Below are positions 1-9,173 of a DNA stretch of 64,000 nt, in pieces. The DNA comes from Vicinamibacterales bacterium (GTDB lineage Bacteria > Acidobacteriota > Vicinamibacteria > Vicinamibacterales > UBA2999): the NCBI GenBank assembly GCA_050249615.1, contig JBFWQE010000006.1, positions 4,539-68,538 on the forward strand, given 5' to 3'. Numbering within the stretch: position 1 is the first letter of the stretch; the number at the start of each line of letters is the position of its first letter. Both the position numbers and the translations under genes were made by a program. The notes beneath the pieces are model-generated. The model did no database searches, was not told the origin of the DNA, and saw nothing but the letters and a program-made list of their open reading frames with translations.

Positions 1-947
1 TCGTTCAACAGATGGTGGCTGGTGAGCAGGCGCTTCGGAGCCGCTCCCAGGCCGACTTGCAGCGCGCCCGGGTGGCCTTTGAGTCCGCCGTGCAGGCCGA
101 CCCGCGCTACGCGCCGGCGCGGGCCGCTCTGGCCAACGTGCTGACGCTGTTCGCGGTCTTCGGTCTGGAGCGCCCGTCAGTCGTCCTTCCAGCCGCGGAG
201 GCCGAGGCCCGGAGGGCGGTGGAGCTGGATCCCACCTACGGCTTCGGGTGGAGTACGCTCGCGCATACCCAGGTGCAATGGGCACGGGACTGGGCCGGCG
301 CGGAGGCCAACTACCGTCGGGCGCTGGCGCTCGATCCCCGGGCGGAGATGCCGTCGTTCCTGCTGGCGCACCTGCTGATGGGGCTCGGGCGGGCGGAGGA
401 GGCGCGCGAACAGAGCCTGAAGGCCCTGGAGCTGGATCCACGCTCCCCCGGTCTGCTGGGATCCACCGGCATCGTGCACTACTTCACCGGCCGGGCCCAA
501 GAAGCCCTACCGTACTTCCAGCGGGCGTTGGCGATCGACGCGCGATACTCCACGGCCGCGTTCTGGCAGGGCGTCGCACTCGCCTCGCTCGGCCGGCTGG
601 ACGAGGCCATGGATGCAGCCCTCAGGTCGCGGGCCGATATGGGGAACACCCCCACGTGGCTCGTCGGGTACGTGCACGCGAAAGCCGGTCGCACCCACGA
701 GGCCCGCGAGGTCCTTCGGGCGCTCGAGGCGCACGCCGTGCGCCACTACGTCCCCGCGATCGAGATGAGCTATCTGCACCTGGGGCTCGGCGACCGCGAG
801 GCGGCGCTGTCGTGGCTCGAGAAGGCGGTCGAAGAGCACAGCCGCTGGATCGAGCTCGCAGCCGTGGACCCCATCCTCGATCCGCTCCGGAACGAGCCGC
901 GATTCGCCGCGCTGGTCCAGCCCCTCAGGCTCCCGGGGACGCGATGA
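1..947 (+). CDS. TPR-repeat protein, C-terminal part (5' end outside window)
   Basis: The frame is open to the left edge. TPR-like repeats are visible (AEANYRRALALDP, EALPYFQRALAIDA, REAALSWLEKAVE). The stop overlaps the next start (ATGA at 944-947). Confidence 0.75.
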   Translation, partial: VQQMVAGEQALRSRSQADLQRARVAFESAVQADPRYAPARAALANVLTLFAVFGLERPSVVLPAAEAEARRAVELDPTYGFGWSTLAHTQVQWARDWAGAEANYRRALALDPRAEMPSFLLAHLLMGLGRAEEAREQSLKALELDPRSPGLLGSTGIVHYFTGRAQEALPYFQRALAIDARYSTAAFWQGVALASLGRLDEAMDAALRSRADMGNTPTWLVGYVHAKAGRTHEAREVLRALEAHAVRHYVPAIEMSYLHLGLGDREAALSWLEKAVEEHSRWIELAAVDPILDPLRNEPRFAALVQPLRLPGTR

Positions 948-1909
948 CGAGAATCTTCGTCCACGCACACGGCGCCACTCGCGAGGTCACCTCGGTCGAC
1001 CCCGCGTGGCTGAAGCCGGGCAGCGGCGTGACGGTCTGGGCCGACTTCGTGGAGCCCACCGAGGCCGAGGGGCGCATGCTGTCCGAGGTCTTTGGCTTTC
1101 ACGACCTGGCCGTGGAGTCGGCGCTGCAACGGGAGCCGCATCCCAAGATCGAGTCGTACGGCGACTACCTGTACCTGGTCTTCCACGGCATCAACTTCCA
1201 TGCCCCCGAACACACCTTCGAGACGCACGACACGGACTTCTTCCTCGGCGCGTCGTTTCTCGTGACGGTTCACGACGGGCGCCGCCGCAGCATCGCGCAC
1301 GTCACCGAGTTGTGCGAGCGGACCGCGCACATCCTGGCCGAGGGACCCGTGGCGCTGCTGCACCGCATCCTCGACACGATGGTGGACCATTACCGCCCGG
1401 AGGCCGACGAGCTCGAGGAGAGGCTCGAAGAGATCGAGAAGTCGGTCATCGAGGAGAACCACGAAGGCCTCATGGGCGACATCCTCGCCGTGAAGCGCGA
1501 CATCTCGATGCTCCGACGCATCGTCGTGCCGCAGCGCGACGCCGTGGGCCGGCTGGCCAGGCGGGAGTTCGACCTGGTCAACCAGGAAATGGCCTACCGG
1601 TTTCGCGACGCATACGACCAGTTCGCGCGCATGGCCGAGGATGCCATCGTGTTCCAGGACCGCGTGACGGGCATCCTGGATGCGCACCTGGCATCCGTGT
1701 CCAATCGCCTCGCCGACGTCTCGCGGCTGCTGGCGGTCATCGCCACGCTGTTCGGCCCCCTCACGGTGATCACGGGCCTCTTCGGGATGAACGTGCCGCT
1801 GCCGAGCCTGGCGGGCGAGGGGACGGCGCAGTTCTGGGAGATCGTCGCCGTGATGCTCCTCGCCAGCGCCGGCATGTACGTCTGGTTCAAGAAGTCGGGG
1901 TGGCTGTAG
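944..1909 (+). CDS. corA: CorA-family magnesium/cobalt transporter
   Basis: Internal ATG at 944 in the 248..1909 frame. The C-terminus has two TM segments and the GMN signature (GLFGMNVPLP). Length of about 321 aa is typical for CorA. Confidence 0.9.
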   Translation: MTRIFVHAHGATREVTSVDPAWLKPGSGVTVWADFVEPTEAEGRMLSEVFGFHDLAVESALQREPHPKIESYGDYLYLVFHGINFHAPEHTFETHDTDFFLGASFLVTVHDGRRRSIAHVTELCERTAHILAEGPVALLHRILDTMVDHYRPEADELEERLEEIEKSVIEENHEGLMGDILAVKRDISMLRRIVVPQRDAVGRLARREFDLVNQEMAYRFRDAYDQFARMAEDAIVFQDRVTGILDAHLASVSNRLADVSRLLAVIATLFGPLTVITGLFGMNVPLPSLAGEGTAQFWEIVAVMLLASAGMYVWFKKSGWL

Positions 1910-1916
1910 GAGCGCC

Positions 1917-3719
1917 ATGGGACGCATCACGAAACTGCCAGACGACCTGGCCAACCAGATCGCGGCCGGCGAGGTCGTGGAGCGGCCCGCATCGGTCATC
2001 AAGGAGCTGGTCGAAAACGCCATCGACGCCGAAGCCACCCGCATCACCATCACGACGGAGTACGGCGGCAAGAAGCTGATCCGCGTCGAGGACGACGGCA
2101 TCGGCATGGCACCGGACGATGCGCGGCTCAGCCTGGAGCGCCACGCGACGAGCAAGATCCGGAGGGCCGACGATCTCGGTGCCATCGTCACCCTCGGCTT
2201 CCGTGGCGAGGCCCTGCCCTCCATGGCATCGGTATCGCACTTCCGCCTGCGCACGCGCGCCCGGGGAGAGCCGGGCGGGACCGAGGTCCGCGTCAACGCG
2301 GGCGTGATCGAGTCCGTCATGGAGGCCGGCGGGCCCGAGGGCACGCTGGTGGAGGTGGCGGATCTCTTCTACAACCTGCCGGCTCGCCGGAAGTTCCTCA
2401 AATCGGACGCGGCCGAGAGCGCGCAGATCTCGAAGACGGTCACGCAGCTGGCGCTGTGCTACCCGCGCATCGGCTTCGTGCTGGTGAACGCCGGGCGAAA
2501 GGTGCTGTCGTGCCCACCCGTGACGTCGGTGGCGGACCGCCTGTACCAGCTCTATGGCGATCGGCCGGACCTGGTGGAGGTGCACCGCGAGTCGGCGGGA
2601 ATCGGCCTTCACGGATACGTTGCCGCGCTCGCCGAGCACGGCCCCACGCGCGGGCCGCAGCACGTCTTCGTCAACCGCCGGATCGTGAAGGACAGGACCA
2701 TCGCGCACGCCATCTTCGACGCCTACAGCGTGGCGTCGAACAAGGAGCGGAGCCCCGAGGTGCACCTGTTCCTGGAGGTGCCGCCGGACCGCGTGGACGT
2801 GAACGTGCACCCCACCAAGGCCGAGGTCCGCTTCAAGGAGCAGTCGCTGGTGCACGAAGTCGTGCGGCGAGCCGTCGCCGACGCGCTCGGACGAGGGCCC
2901 GCTCCCGAACTTCAGCTTCGGCCCTCCGACCTCGTGCCCGGCAGGCCGATTCCGCAGGCGATTCCCGGAGTGCTGGGGGGAGGGGTCTACACGACGAGGT
3001 GGAGCCCCCAGGGGCCGGGCACGGGAGGTCGAAGCACAGGGGTTCAAGGCGCGGAGGTTCAAAGCACGGGGGTTCAAGGCGCGGGGGTTCAAGGCGCGGA
3101 GGTTCGGGGGGCGGAGGGGCACGCGCCCGGCGTCACGGGGATGCGGCCGCTGGTCCCGCTGGGGCAGTTCCGCGACACGTTCATCATCGCCATCGATGAC
3201 GAGGGGATTGCGATCATCGACCAGCATGTCGCGCACGAGCGGGTACTGTTCGAGCGGATCATGCAGCGGCTCACCGAGCGCCCGCTCGAAAGCCAGCGGC
3301 TGCTGGTGCCGATCATCCTGGAGCTCGCGCCAGCCGAGCGTGAGGCGCTCGTGTCACGCGCGGAGGCACTGGAACGGTTCGGCTTCGAGGTGGAGGAGTT
3401 CGGGGGCGACACCGTGAAGGTGACGGCCATCCCGGCCATCCTGCCCAACCACGAGTGCGATACCGCACTTCGCGACCTGGCCAACGACCTCGAGGGCCTG
3501 GACCGGGGCCTCGGTGTGGAGGAGGGCTTGAAGCGCATTGCCGCGCTGACGGCCTGCCACGCGGCGGTGAAGGCCAACTACCCGCTGACCTTCGAGAAGA
3601 TGGCCCACATCCTGGAGGAGTTGCGCGCCACCTCGTATTCGACCGTGTGCCCGCACGGCCGCCCGGTGATGCTGAGGATCACGCGGCGGGAGGTGGAGAA
3701 GAATTTCGAGCGGATCTGA
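1917..3719 (+). CDS. mutL: DNA mismatch repair protein MutL
   Basis: N-terminal GHKL ATPase motifs (IAAGEVVERPASVIKELVENAIDA, DDGIGM) and a C-terminal MutL dimerisation region. The linker carries a pentapeptide repeat encoded by a 15-nt tandem array. Confidence 0.95.
   Translation: MGRITKLPDDLANQIAAGEVVERPASVIKELVENAIDAEATRITITTEYGGKKLIRVEDDGIGMAPDDARLSLERHATSKIRRADDLGAIVTLGFRGEALPSMASVSHFRLRTRARGEPGGTEVRVNAGVIESVMEAGGPEGTLVEVADLFYNLPARRKFLKSDAAESAQISKTVTQLALCYPRIGFVLVNAGRKVLSCPPVTSVADRLYQLYGDRPDLVEVHRESAGIGLHGYVAALAEHGPTRGPQHVFVNRRIVKDRTIAHAIFDAYSVASNKERSPEVHLFLEVPPDRVDVNVHPTKAEVRFKEQSLVHEVVRRAVADALGRGPAPELQLRPSDLVPGRPIPQAIPGVLGGGVYTTRWSPQGPGTGGRSTGVQGAEVQSTGVQGAGVQGAEVRGAEGHAPGVTGMRPLVPLGQFRDTFIIAIDDEGIAIIDQHVAHERVLFERIMQRLTERPLESQRLLVPIILELAPAEREALVSRAEALERFGFEVEEFGGDTVKVTAIPAILPNHECDTALRDLANDLEGLDRGLGVEEGLKRIAALTACHAAVKANYPLTFEKMAHILEELRATSYSTVCPHGRPVMLRITRREVEKNFERI
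3027..3117 (+). repeat. 15-nt tandem array (about 6 units, GGTTCAAGGCGCGGR) in frame inside mutL
   Basis: GGTTC recurs at 3041, 3056, 3071, 3086 and 3101. The array translates as STGVQGAEVQSTGVQGAGVQGAEVRGAEG. Confidence 0.9.
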
Positions 3720-3761
3720 TCGCGTCGGGAGTCGGGCGGCGGGACGCGTGCGGCCGCTGGA

Positions 3762-5099
3762 TCAGGGCTCCTTCCGACGCCGCTTGATCTGCTTCCAGCC
3801 GTCCAGGCGCCGCTTGATCTCCTTCTCGAAGCCGCGCTCGGTGGGCGTGTAGAAGGTGCGGCCCTTCAGGTTGTCCGGCAGGCAGTCCATGTCGGCGACA
3901 CCCTCGGTCTCGTCGTGCGCATACCGGTAGCCCTTGCCGTAGTCCAGCTGCTTCATCAGCTTCGTCGGCGCATTGCGAAGGTGGAGGGGAACCGGCGAGG
4001 CCACGTCGTGCTTCGCCGACTCGGCGGCGGCGCCGTACGCGGCGTACACCGCGTTGCTCTTCGGGGCCGTGGCCAGGTAGAGGGCGGCCTGGGCGAGCGC
4101 GGTGTTGGCCTCGGGGAAGCCGAGCATGTGGGCCGCATCCTTCGCGGCCATCGTCACGACCAGCGCCTGGGGATCGGCGTTCCCCACGTCCTCGGACGCA
4201 AAGCGCACCAGGCGGCGCGCGATGTACATCGGGTCCTCGCCGGCCTCGACCATGCGGGCCAGCCAGTAGACGGCGGCGTCGGGATCGCTGTTGCGCATGG
4301 ACTTGTGGAGCGCGGAGATCAGGTTGTAGTGCTCTTCGCCGCCCTTGTCGTAGAGCAGCGCCTTGTGCTGCAGCGTGCGCTCGAGCAGGGCTTCGTCGAC
4401 CTTCGGCCGTCCGGCTCCCTGAGGGGCGGAGGCCACCAGCAGCTGCAGCAGGTTGAGCGCGGCGCGGGCATCTCCGTTGGCGAAGCGGGCGATGTGCGCC
4501 AGCACGGCGTCGGACGCCTCGGCCTGCTCGCGCCCGAGGCCCCGCTCGGGATCCTCGAGGGCCCGCCTCAGGATGGTGAGGGTAGCGGCCTCGTCCAGGG
4601 GCTTCAGCACGAACACCTTGGACCGGGAGAGCAGCGCCGCATTCACCTCGAAGGAGGGGTTCTCGGTGGTGGCCCCGATGAGGACGATGTCGCCGGCCTC
4701 GACGCGGGGCAGGAAGGCGTCCTGCTGGGCCTTGTTGAAGCGGTGGATCTCGTCCACGAACACGATGGTGCGCGTGCCCAGGCGCCGCCGGCGTTCCTGG
4801 GCGGCGGCCATCACGTCCTTGACCTCCTTGATGCCGGCCAGCACGGCGCTGAACGACACGAACTCCGCGCGGGTGAGATCGGCGATGAGGCGTGCGAGCG
4901 TCGTCTTGCCCGTGCCCGGCGGCCCCCAGAGGATGATCGACTGCAGCAGGTCGCGCTCGATCATCTCGCGCAGCGGCCGGCCGGGACCGATCACCTCGTC
5001 CTGCCCGACGACCTCGTCCAGCGTGCGCGGGCGCATGCGCTCGGGCAGGGGGACGGTGCGCGGGTCCACCGGCTCCGGGTCGACGTCGAAGAGGCTCAT
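3762..5099 (-). CDS. rarA: Replication-associated recombination protein A (AAA+ ATPase RarA/MgsA)
   Basis: Starts MSLFDV at 5099, inside the longer 3762..5849 ORF. Walker A is GPPGTGKTTLA and the MgsA C-terminal region includes HYNLISALHKSMRNSDPDAAVYW. The start overlaps the upstream stop (ATGA). Confidence 0.92.
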   Translation of the reverse strand: MSLFDVDPEPVDPRTVPLPERMRPRTLDEVVGQDEVIGPGRPLREMIERDLLQSIILWGPPGTGKTTLARLIADLTRAEFVSFSAVLAGIKEVKDVMAAAQERRRRLGTRTIVFVDEIHRFNKAQQDAFLPRVEAGDIVLIGATTENPSFEVNAALLSRSKVFVLKPLDEAATLTILRRALEDPERGLGREQAEASDAVLAHIARFANGDARAALNLLQLLVASAPQGAGRPKVDEALLERTLQHKALLYDKGGEEHYNLISALHKSMRNSDPDAAVYWLARMVEAGEDPMYIARRLVRFASEDVGNADPQALVVTMAAKDAAHMLGFPEANTALAQAALYLATAPKSNAVYAAYGAAAESAKHDVASPVPLHLRNAPTKLMKQLDYGKGYRYAHDETEGVADMDCLPDNLKGRTFYTPTERGFEKEIKRRLDGWKQIKRRRKEP

Positions 5100-5890
5100 A
5101 CGATTTCGACCCACTCGCGCTGCCGCGCGGCTTCGTAGAGCAGCACCGCGGCGGCCACCGCGACGTTCAGCGACTCGACGCGGGCGCGCATGGGAATCCG
5201 CACGCGCGCGTCGGCAGCGCGCATCACCTCGGCGGGGACGCCGGCCCCTTCGGACCCGACGACGAGGACCGTCGGTCCATCGAGGCGCTCGTCGTACATC
5301 CTCGCGGCCGCGCCGGGATCGGCAGCCACCACGCGAACGCCGTCCGCCTGCCAGGCCTCCAGTCGCGCCAGCGCGGACTCGTCGCGCAGCACGGGCAGCC
5401 TCAGGGCGCTCCCCATCGAGGCGCGCAGCGCCTTCCATCCCCACGGGTCGGCCGACGTCCGGTCGAGGAGCACGCCCGTGGCGCCGCCAGCGTCGGCCGC
5501 ACGGACGATGGCGCCGGCGTTGCCGGGGTCCTGGATGCCGAAGCCCGCGATGACGAGCGCCGGCGCGGGCGCGGCGAGCGCGCGCGGGTCCACCGTGGGC
5601 CGCGCGGCGATGGCCACGACCCCGGTCGGCGACTGGACGGGGGAAAGCGCATCCATGACGGCCGCGGACACCCGCACCACCTCCGCGCCGGCTCGCCTGG
5701 CCCGTTCGAGCGTGGCACGCTGCCCGGGCGACACCTCCGCGCGCGCGGCCACGGTCTCCAGCGCGAAGCCGGCGCCCAGCGCCTCGTCGAGCAGGTGCCA
5801 GCCGTCGAGCACCAGTCGGCTCGCGTCGCCGCGCGCGATGGCCCGACACTGCCTGACGATGGCGTGCTGGCGGCTGGTGATGAGCGGCAT
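5096..5890 (-). CDS. TrmH/SpoU-family RNA 2'-O-methyltransferase
   Basis: Starts MPLITSRQ at 5890. SpoU motifs are present (GIQDPGNAGAIVRAA, VVGSEGAGV, IPMRARVESLNVAVAAAVLLYE). Confidence 0.85.
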   Translation of the reverse strand: MPLITSRQHAIVRQCRAIARGDASRLVLDGWHLLDEALGAGFALETVAARAEVSPGQRATLERARRAGAEVVRVSAAVMDALSPVQSPTGVVAIAARPTVDPRALAAPAPALVIAGFGIQDPGNAGAIVRAADAGGATGVLLDRTSADPWGWKALRASMGSALRLPVLRDESALARLEAWQADGVRVVAADPGAAARMYDERLDGPTVLVVGSEGAGVPAEVMRAADARVRIPMRARVESLNVAVAAAVLLYEAARQREWVEIV

Positions 5891-5930
5891 GAGGCTGGGA
5901 ACAATTATGCTAAAGTCTGAAGTTTGAACG

Positions 5931-6395
5931 ATGAAGGAAAAGCTCCTCAAGCGGTTTGAAGAAGAGGTGGCCGTGCTCGAGCGCGAGCTGAAGATGGAGC
6001 TCCCGAAGGAGATCCAGCGCGCGCGCGAGCTGGGCGACCTGCGCGAGAACGCGGAGTACCAGGCGGCCAAGGAGCGCCAGACCTACGTCCAGGCGCGCAT
6101 CGGGATGCTGCGCCGGCGCATGAACGAGATCGCGCTGATGAACATGGACAAGATCCCGCACGGCAAGGCCGGGTTCGGGTCCACCGTCACGCTGCGCGAG
6201 TCCACCGGGCAGGAGCTGGTCTACCAGCTCGTGATGCCGGAGGACGCCGACGGCGAGAAGGGCCTCATCTCCACCTCGTCTCCTATCGGGCGCGCCATCC
6301 TCAACCGCGAGGAGGGTGACGAGATCGTCGTGACCACGCCTGCGGGCGGCCGCAAGTTCGAGATCCTGAAGCTGGTGACGATCCACGACGAGTAG
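5931..6395 (+). CDS. greA: Transcription elongation factor GreA
   Basis: 154 aa. Coiled-coil N-terminus with GDLRENAEYQAAKERQ, and a C-terminal FKBP-like domain (ISTSSPIGRAILNREEGDEI). Confidence 0.95.
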   Translation: MKEKLLKRFEEEVAVLERELKMELPKEIQRARELGDLRENAEYQAAKERQTYVQARIGMLRRRMNEIALMNMDKIPHGKAGFGSTVTLRESTGQELVYQLVMPEDADGEKGLISTSSPIGRAILNREEGDEIVVTTPAGGRKFEILKLVTIHDE

Positions 6396-7783
6396 TGGCC
6401 GACCACTATTCCCCCGAGCGTCGCACGGCGCTGGTGCTGAACGGGACCGGCGCCGACGGCGCGTACCACGCGGGCGTTCTCCGCGCGCTTCACGAAACGG
6501 GCATCAAGGTCGACCTCGTCTGCGGCCGCGGCATCGGCGCGCTCGGGGCCGTGCTCTACGCCATCGACGGCGCCGCGCCCCTCTGGGACAGCGGCGGCGT
6601 CTGGCGCAGCCCGGCGCCCCGCACGTTCTACCGGTGGCGATGGACGTTCCGGTGGCTCCGCCTGCTGCTGTGGGCGGCGCTGGCCGTGTTCGCCGCACCC
6701 GCGGCCGCGCTCCTGCTCGTGGCTGCCATCTACCCCGTCGCGATGGCACTCGGCATGGCCGGGCTGGAACAGGGGGCGGAGCTCGCGCGCCGTGCGCTGG
6801 CCGCCGTGGGCTCGGCCTTCTCCCAGGAGGCCCTGCCGACCTGGGTGCCACGCCTGGTGACCCTCATTGCCCTCGCGGGCCTGGTCGTGCTGGCCGCGGG
6901 CCTGGCGCTTCACGCATGGCGAGCCCCCGTCCGGCGGAGCGCGGCCGCGCACGCGCTCTGGTCGCTGCTCGGCGCCCCGGTGGACGCGTCGCGCGCCATT
7001 GACGCGGGAACATCCGCGCTCTGGAGCATCCTGCGCGGCGGGGCGAGGCTGCGAGCACCGGATCCGCGCGATCTGAGCCGCCGCTATGCGGACCTGCTCG
7101 CCGAGAACCTGGGCCATCCCGGCTTTCGCGAGCTCATCCTCGTGGTGCACGATCTCGACGCGCGCCGGGACATGGTCTTCGGCCTGGTGCGCGAGCCGTA
7201 TCGCAAGACGCTCTTTGGCGCGACGACCGCCGCGTCGAGCCGGCGCGCCGAGGCGCACGACCTCGCGGGCGTGGCCCGCGACCATCTGGCCGACGTCCTC
7301 GGCGCCGCGCTGACGCTGCCCGGGGTGTCCGAGCCCCGCGTGATCGGCTTTGCGCCGGATGCCTATTGGAGAGGGGAGTCGCACCGCCTGGCCGATCGCA
7401 CCGCCGCGGTCGGCCGTGTCATCGAGGAGGCCGCGGCCGCGGGGGCGGAGCAGCTCATCGTCGTGTCGGCGGCGCCCGACGTTCCCGGGCCGCACGCGCT
7501 GAGGCTGGCGCGCACCGACGGCATGGGGCGCATCGCGGAGCAGCTGGCGAGCGCCGAGACCGCGGCCCTCGGTGATGCCCTGCGCCACCTGCAGCATCGC
7601 GTGCCGCTCACGTACGTGATCAGGCCGGCGCACAACCCCGTGCGGCCGCTGGACCTGGCCGGCGCCTGGGACGAGGGCTCGGACCGCCGACACACGCTCG
7701 ACGAGCTGATGGAGCACGGCTACGAGGATGCCTACCGGCAGTTCATCGAGCCGATCCTCGGCGCGAGCGGCGAACGGATGTAG
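6395..7783 (+). CDS. Patatin-like phospholipase domain protein with TM segments; catalytic motifs degenerate
   Basis: GTG start. The N-terminus ALVLNGTGADGAYHAGVLRALHETGIKVDLVCGRGIGALG aligns to the patatin oxyanion and nucleophile-elbow region, but has GRGIG where GxSxG is expected. Two hydrophobic helices follow. Confidence 0.65.
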   Translation: MADHYSPERRTALVLNGTGADGAYHAGVLRALHETGIKVDLVCGRGIGALGAVLYAIDGAAPLWDSGGVWRSPAPRTFYRWRWTFRWLRLLLWAALAVFAAPAAALLLVAAIYPVAMALGMAGLEQGAELARRALAAVGSAFSQEALPTWVPRLVTLIALAGLVVLAAGLALHAWRAPVRRSAAAHALWSLLGAPVDASRAIDAGTSALWSILRGGARLRAPDPRDLSRRYADLLAENLGHPGFRELILVVHDLDARRDMVFGLVREPYRKTLFGATTAASSRRAEAHDLAGVARDHLADVLGAALTLPGVSEPRVIGFAPDAYWRGESHRLADRTAAVGRVIEEAAAAGAEQLIVVSAAPDVPGPHALRLARTDGMGRIAEQLASAETAALGDALRHLQHRVPLTYVIRPAHNPVRPLDLAGAWDEGSDRRHTLDELMEHGYEDAYRQFIEPILGASGERM

Positions 7784-7807
7784 TTGCCTGGCAGGAGGAG
7801 GGCGGGG

Positions 7808-8971
7808 ATGCGGAAGAGCACGGAGCTGATTCACACGGGCGAGCGCGTGACCTCAGGGGTCACGCCCTCGTTGACCACGCCCATCTACGAGACGAGCACG
7901 TTCGTCTTCGAGTCGGCCGCGGAGGTCCAGGCCTACCAGGCAGGCCAATCCTCCGGCTACCTCTATTCGCGGTACGAGAATCCCACCGTCGTGGCGGTCG
8001 AGGAGAAGCTCGCGGCCGTGGAAGGCGCGGAGCAGTCGCTGCTCTTCAGCTCGGGCCAGGCGGCCACGACCCACGTGCTGCTGACCCTGCTGCAGCAGGG
8101 TGACGAGGTCGTCTGCAGCGGGGCCATCTACGGCGGGACGCATCACCTCATCACGGATCTGCTGCCGCGCTTCGGCATCGTCGGGCGGTTCGTCACCCTG
8201 GAGGAACTGGCCGACCCGGCGCGCGTGATCGGGCCGCACACGAAAGTCGTGTGGTTCGAGTCGCCCATCAACCCGACGCTGCGGTGCGTGGATGTCCGCG
8301 CGGTGGCCGCGGCGTGCCGGGCCGCCGGCGTCACGTCGGTGGTGGACAACACCTTTGCCTGCCCGCTGAACCAGCCGGTGCTCGCGATGGGCGTGGACAT
8401 CTCGATGCAGAGCGCGACGAAGTACCTGAACGGGCACAGCGACGTGACGGCGGGGGTGCTGTCCGGCACGCGCGCGCGGCTCGAGCCCATCGCGAAGGCG
8501 CGGCGGCTGATGGGATCGGTCCTCGACCCGCAGCCCGCCTACGCCCTGGGCCGCGGTCTGAAGACGCTGCCCCTCCGCGTCGCCCGGCACAATGCGAATG
8601 CCTCGGCGGTGGCGACCGCGCTCGAGGCGCATCCCAGGATCGCGCGCGTCTACTACCCGGGGCTGCCCTCGCATCCCGACCACGACATCGCACGCCGTCA
8701 GATGTCCGGCTTCGGCGGCATGGTGACCATCGACGTGCGGGGCGGGCAGGAGGCGGCGTTCGCGGCCTTCGACCGGCTGAAGGTCGTCAAGCGCGCCGCC
8801 AGCCTCGGGGGCGTGGAGAGCATCTGCAGCCTGCCGATCCTCACGTCGCACACCGGCCTGTCGGACGAGGAGCTGGCGCGGGCCGGCGTGTCGCGCGGCA
8901 TGATCCGCCTCTCGATCGGGCTCGAGGATCCGCAGGACTTGATCGAGGATCTGGATCAGGCGCTGGGATAA
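7808..8971 (+). CDS. PLP-dependent Cys/Met-metabolism enzyme (cystathionine gamma-synthase / beta-lyase / methionine gamma-lyase family)
   Basis: ATG at 7808 preceded by GGAGGAGGG. Family motifs are YSRYENPT and the PLP-lysine context SATKYLNGHSDV. Substrate specificity cannot be resolved by eye. Confidence 0.88.
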   Translation: MRKSTELIHTGERVTSGVTPSLTTPIYETSTFVFESAAEVQAYQAGQSSGYLYSRYENPTVVAVEEKLAAVEGAEQSLLFSSGQAATTHVLLTLLQQGDEVVCSGAIYGGTHHLITDLLPRFGIVGRFVTLEELADPARVIGPHTKVVWFESPINPTLRCVDVRAVAAACRAAGVTSVVDNTFACPLNQPVLAMGVDISMQSATKYLNGHSDVTAGVLSGTRARLEPIAKARRLMGSVLDPQPAYALGRGLKTLPLRVARHNANASAVATALEAHPRIARVYYPGLPSHPDHDIARRQMSGFGGMVTIDVRGGQEAAFAAFDRLKVVKRAASLGGVESICSLPILTSHTGLSDEELARAGVSRGMIRLSIGLEDPQDLIEDLDQALG

Positions 8972-9173
8972 GGCCGGCGCTTCGCGCCGGTGGGGCCCCC
9001 GGTGGGCCGGCGCTCGGCGCCGGCAGGGCCTGCGGTGGCCGCTCGCTTCGCTCGCGTGGGGCCGGAGACCTTCTTCGCTGGACAAACCGCACCCTGCTCA
9101 AGCGAGGACCCACCGGCGCGGAGCGCCGGCCCACCCGCAGGGCCCCCACCGGCGCGTCAGCGCCGGCCTCCCC
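8972..9173. repeat. Four REP-like GC palindromes (CCGGCGC-N3-4-GCGCCGG flanked by GGTGGG/CCCACC) between convergent genes
   Basis: Hairpin cores lie at about 8974-8990, 9006-9024, 9113-9129 and 9149-9166. The first two copies are in the opposite orientation to the last two. Confidence 0.8.

Noticed and set aside
770-2344. Long antisense or out-of-frame ORFs throughout the track, for example 770..2344(-), 6221..7834(-), 26662..28794(-), 47942..50692(-), 57439..60156(-) and 51413..52543(-).
   Set aside because: They overlap genes with unambiguous family motifs on the other strand or frame. Their translations are Arg/Ala/Pro/Gly-rich low-complexity strings typical of shadow frames in very GC-rich DNA, and no conserved motif is visible.
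5100-5849. N-terminal 250-aa extension of the rarA ORF (3762..5849, 695 aa).
   Set aside because: The extension is an Arg/Gly/Ala-rich shadow of the TrmH-family gene encoded in another frame of the same strand. RarA-family proteins start near MSLFD and are about 440 aa.
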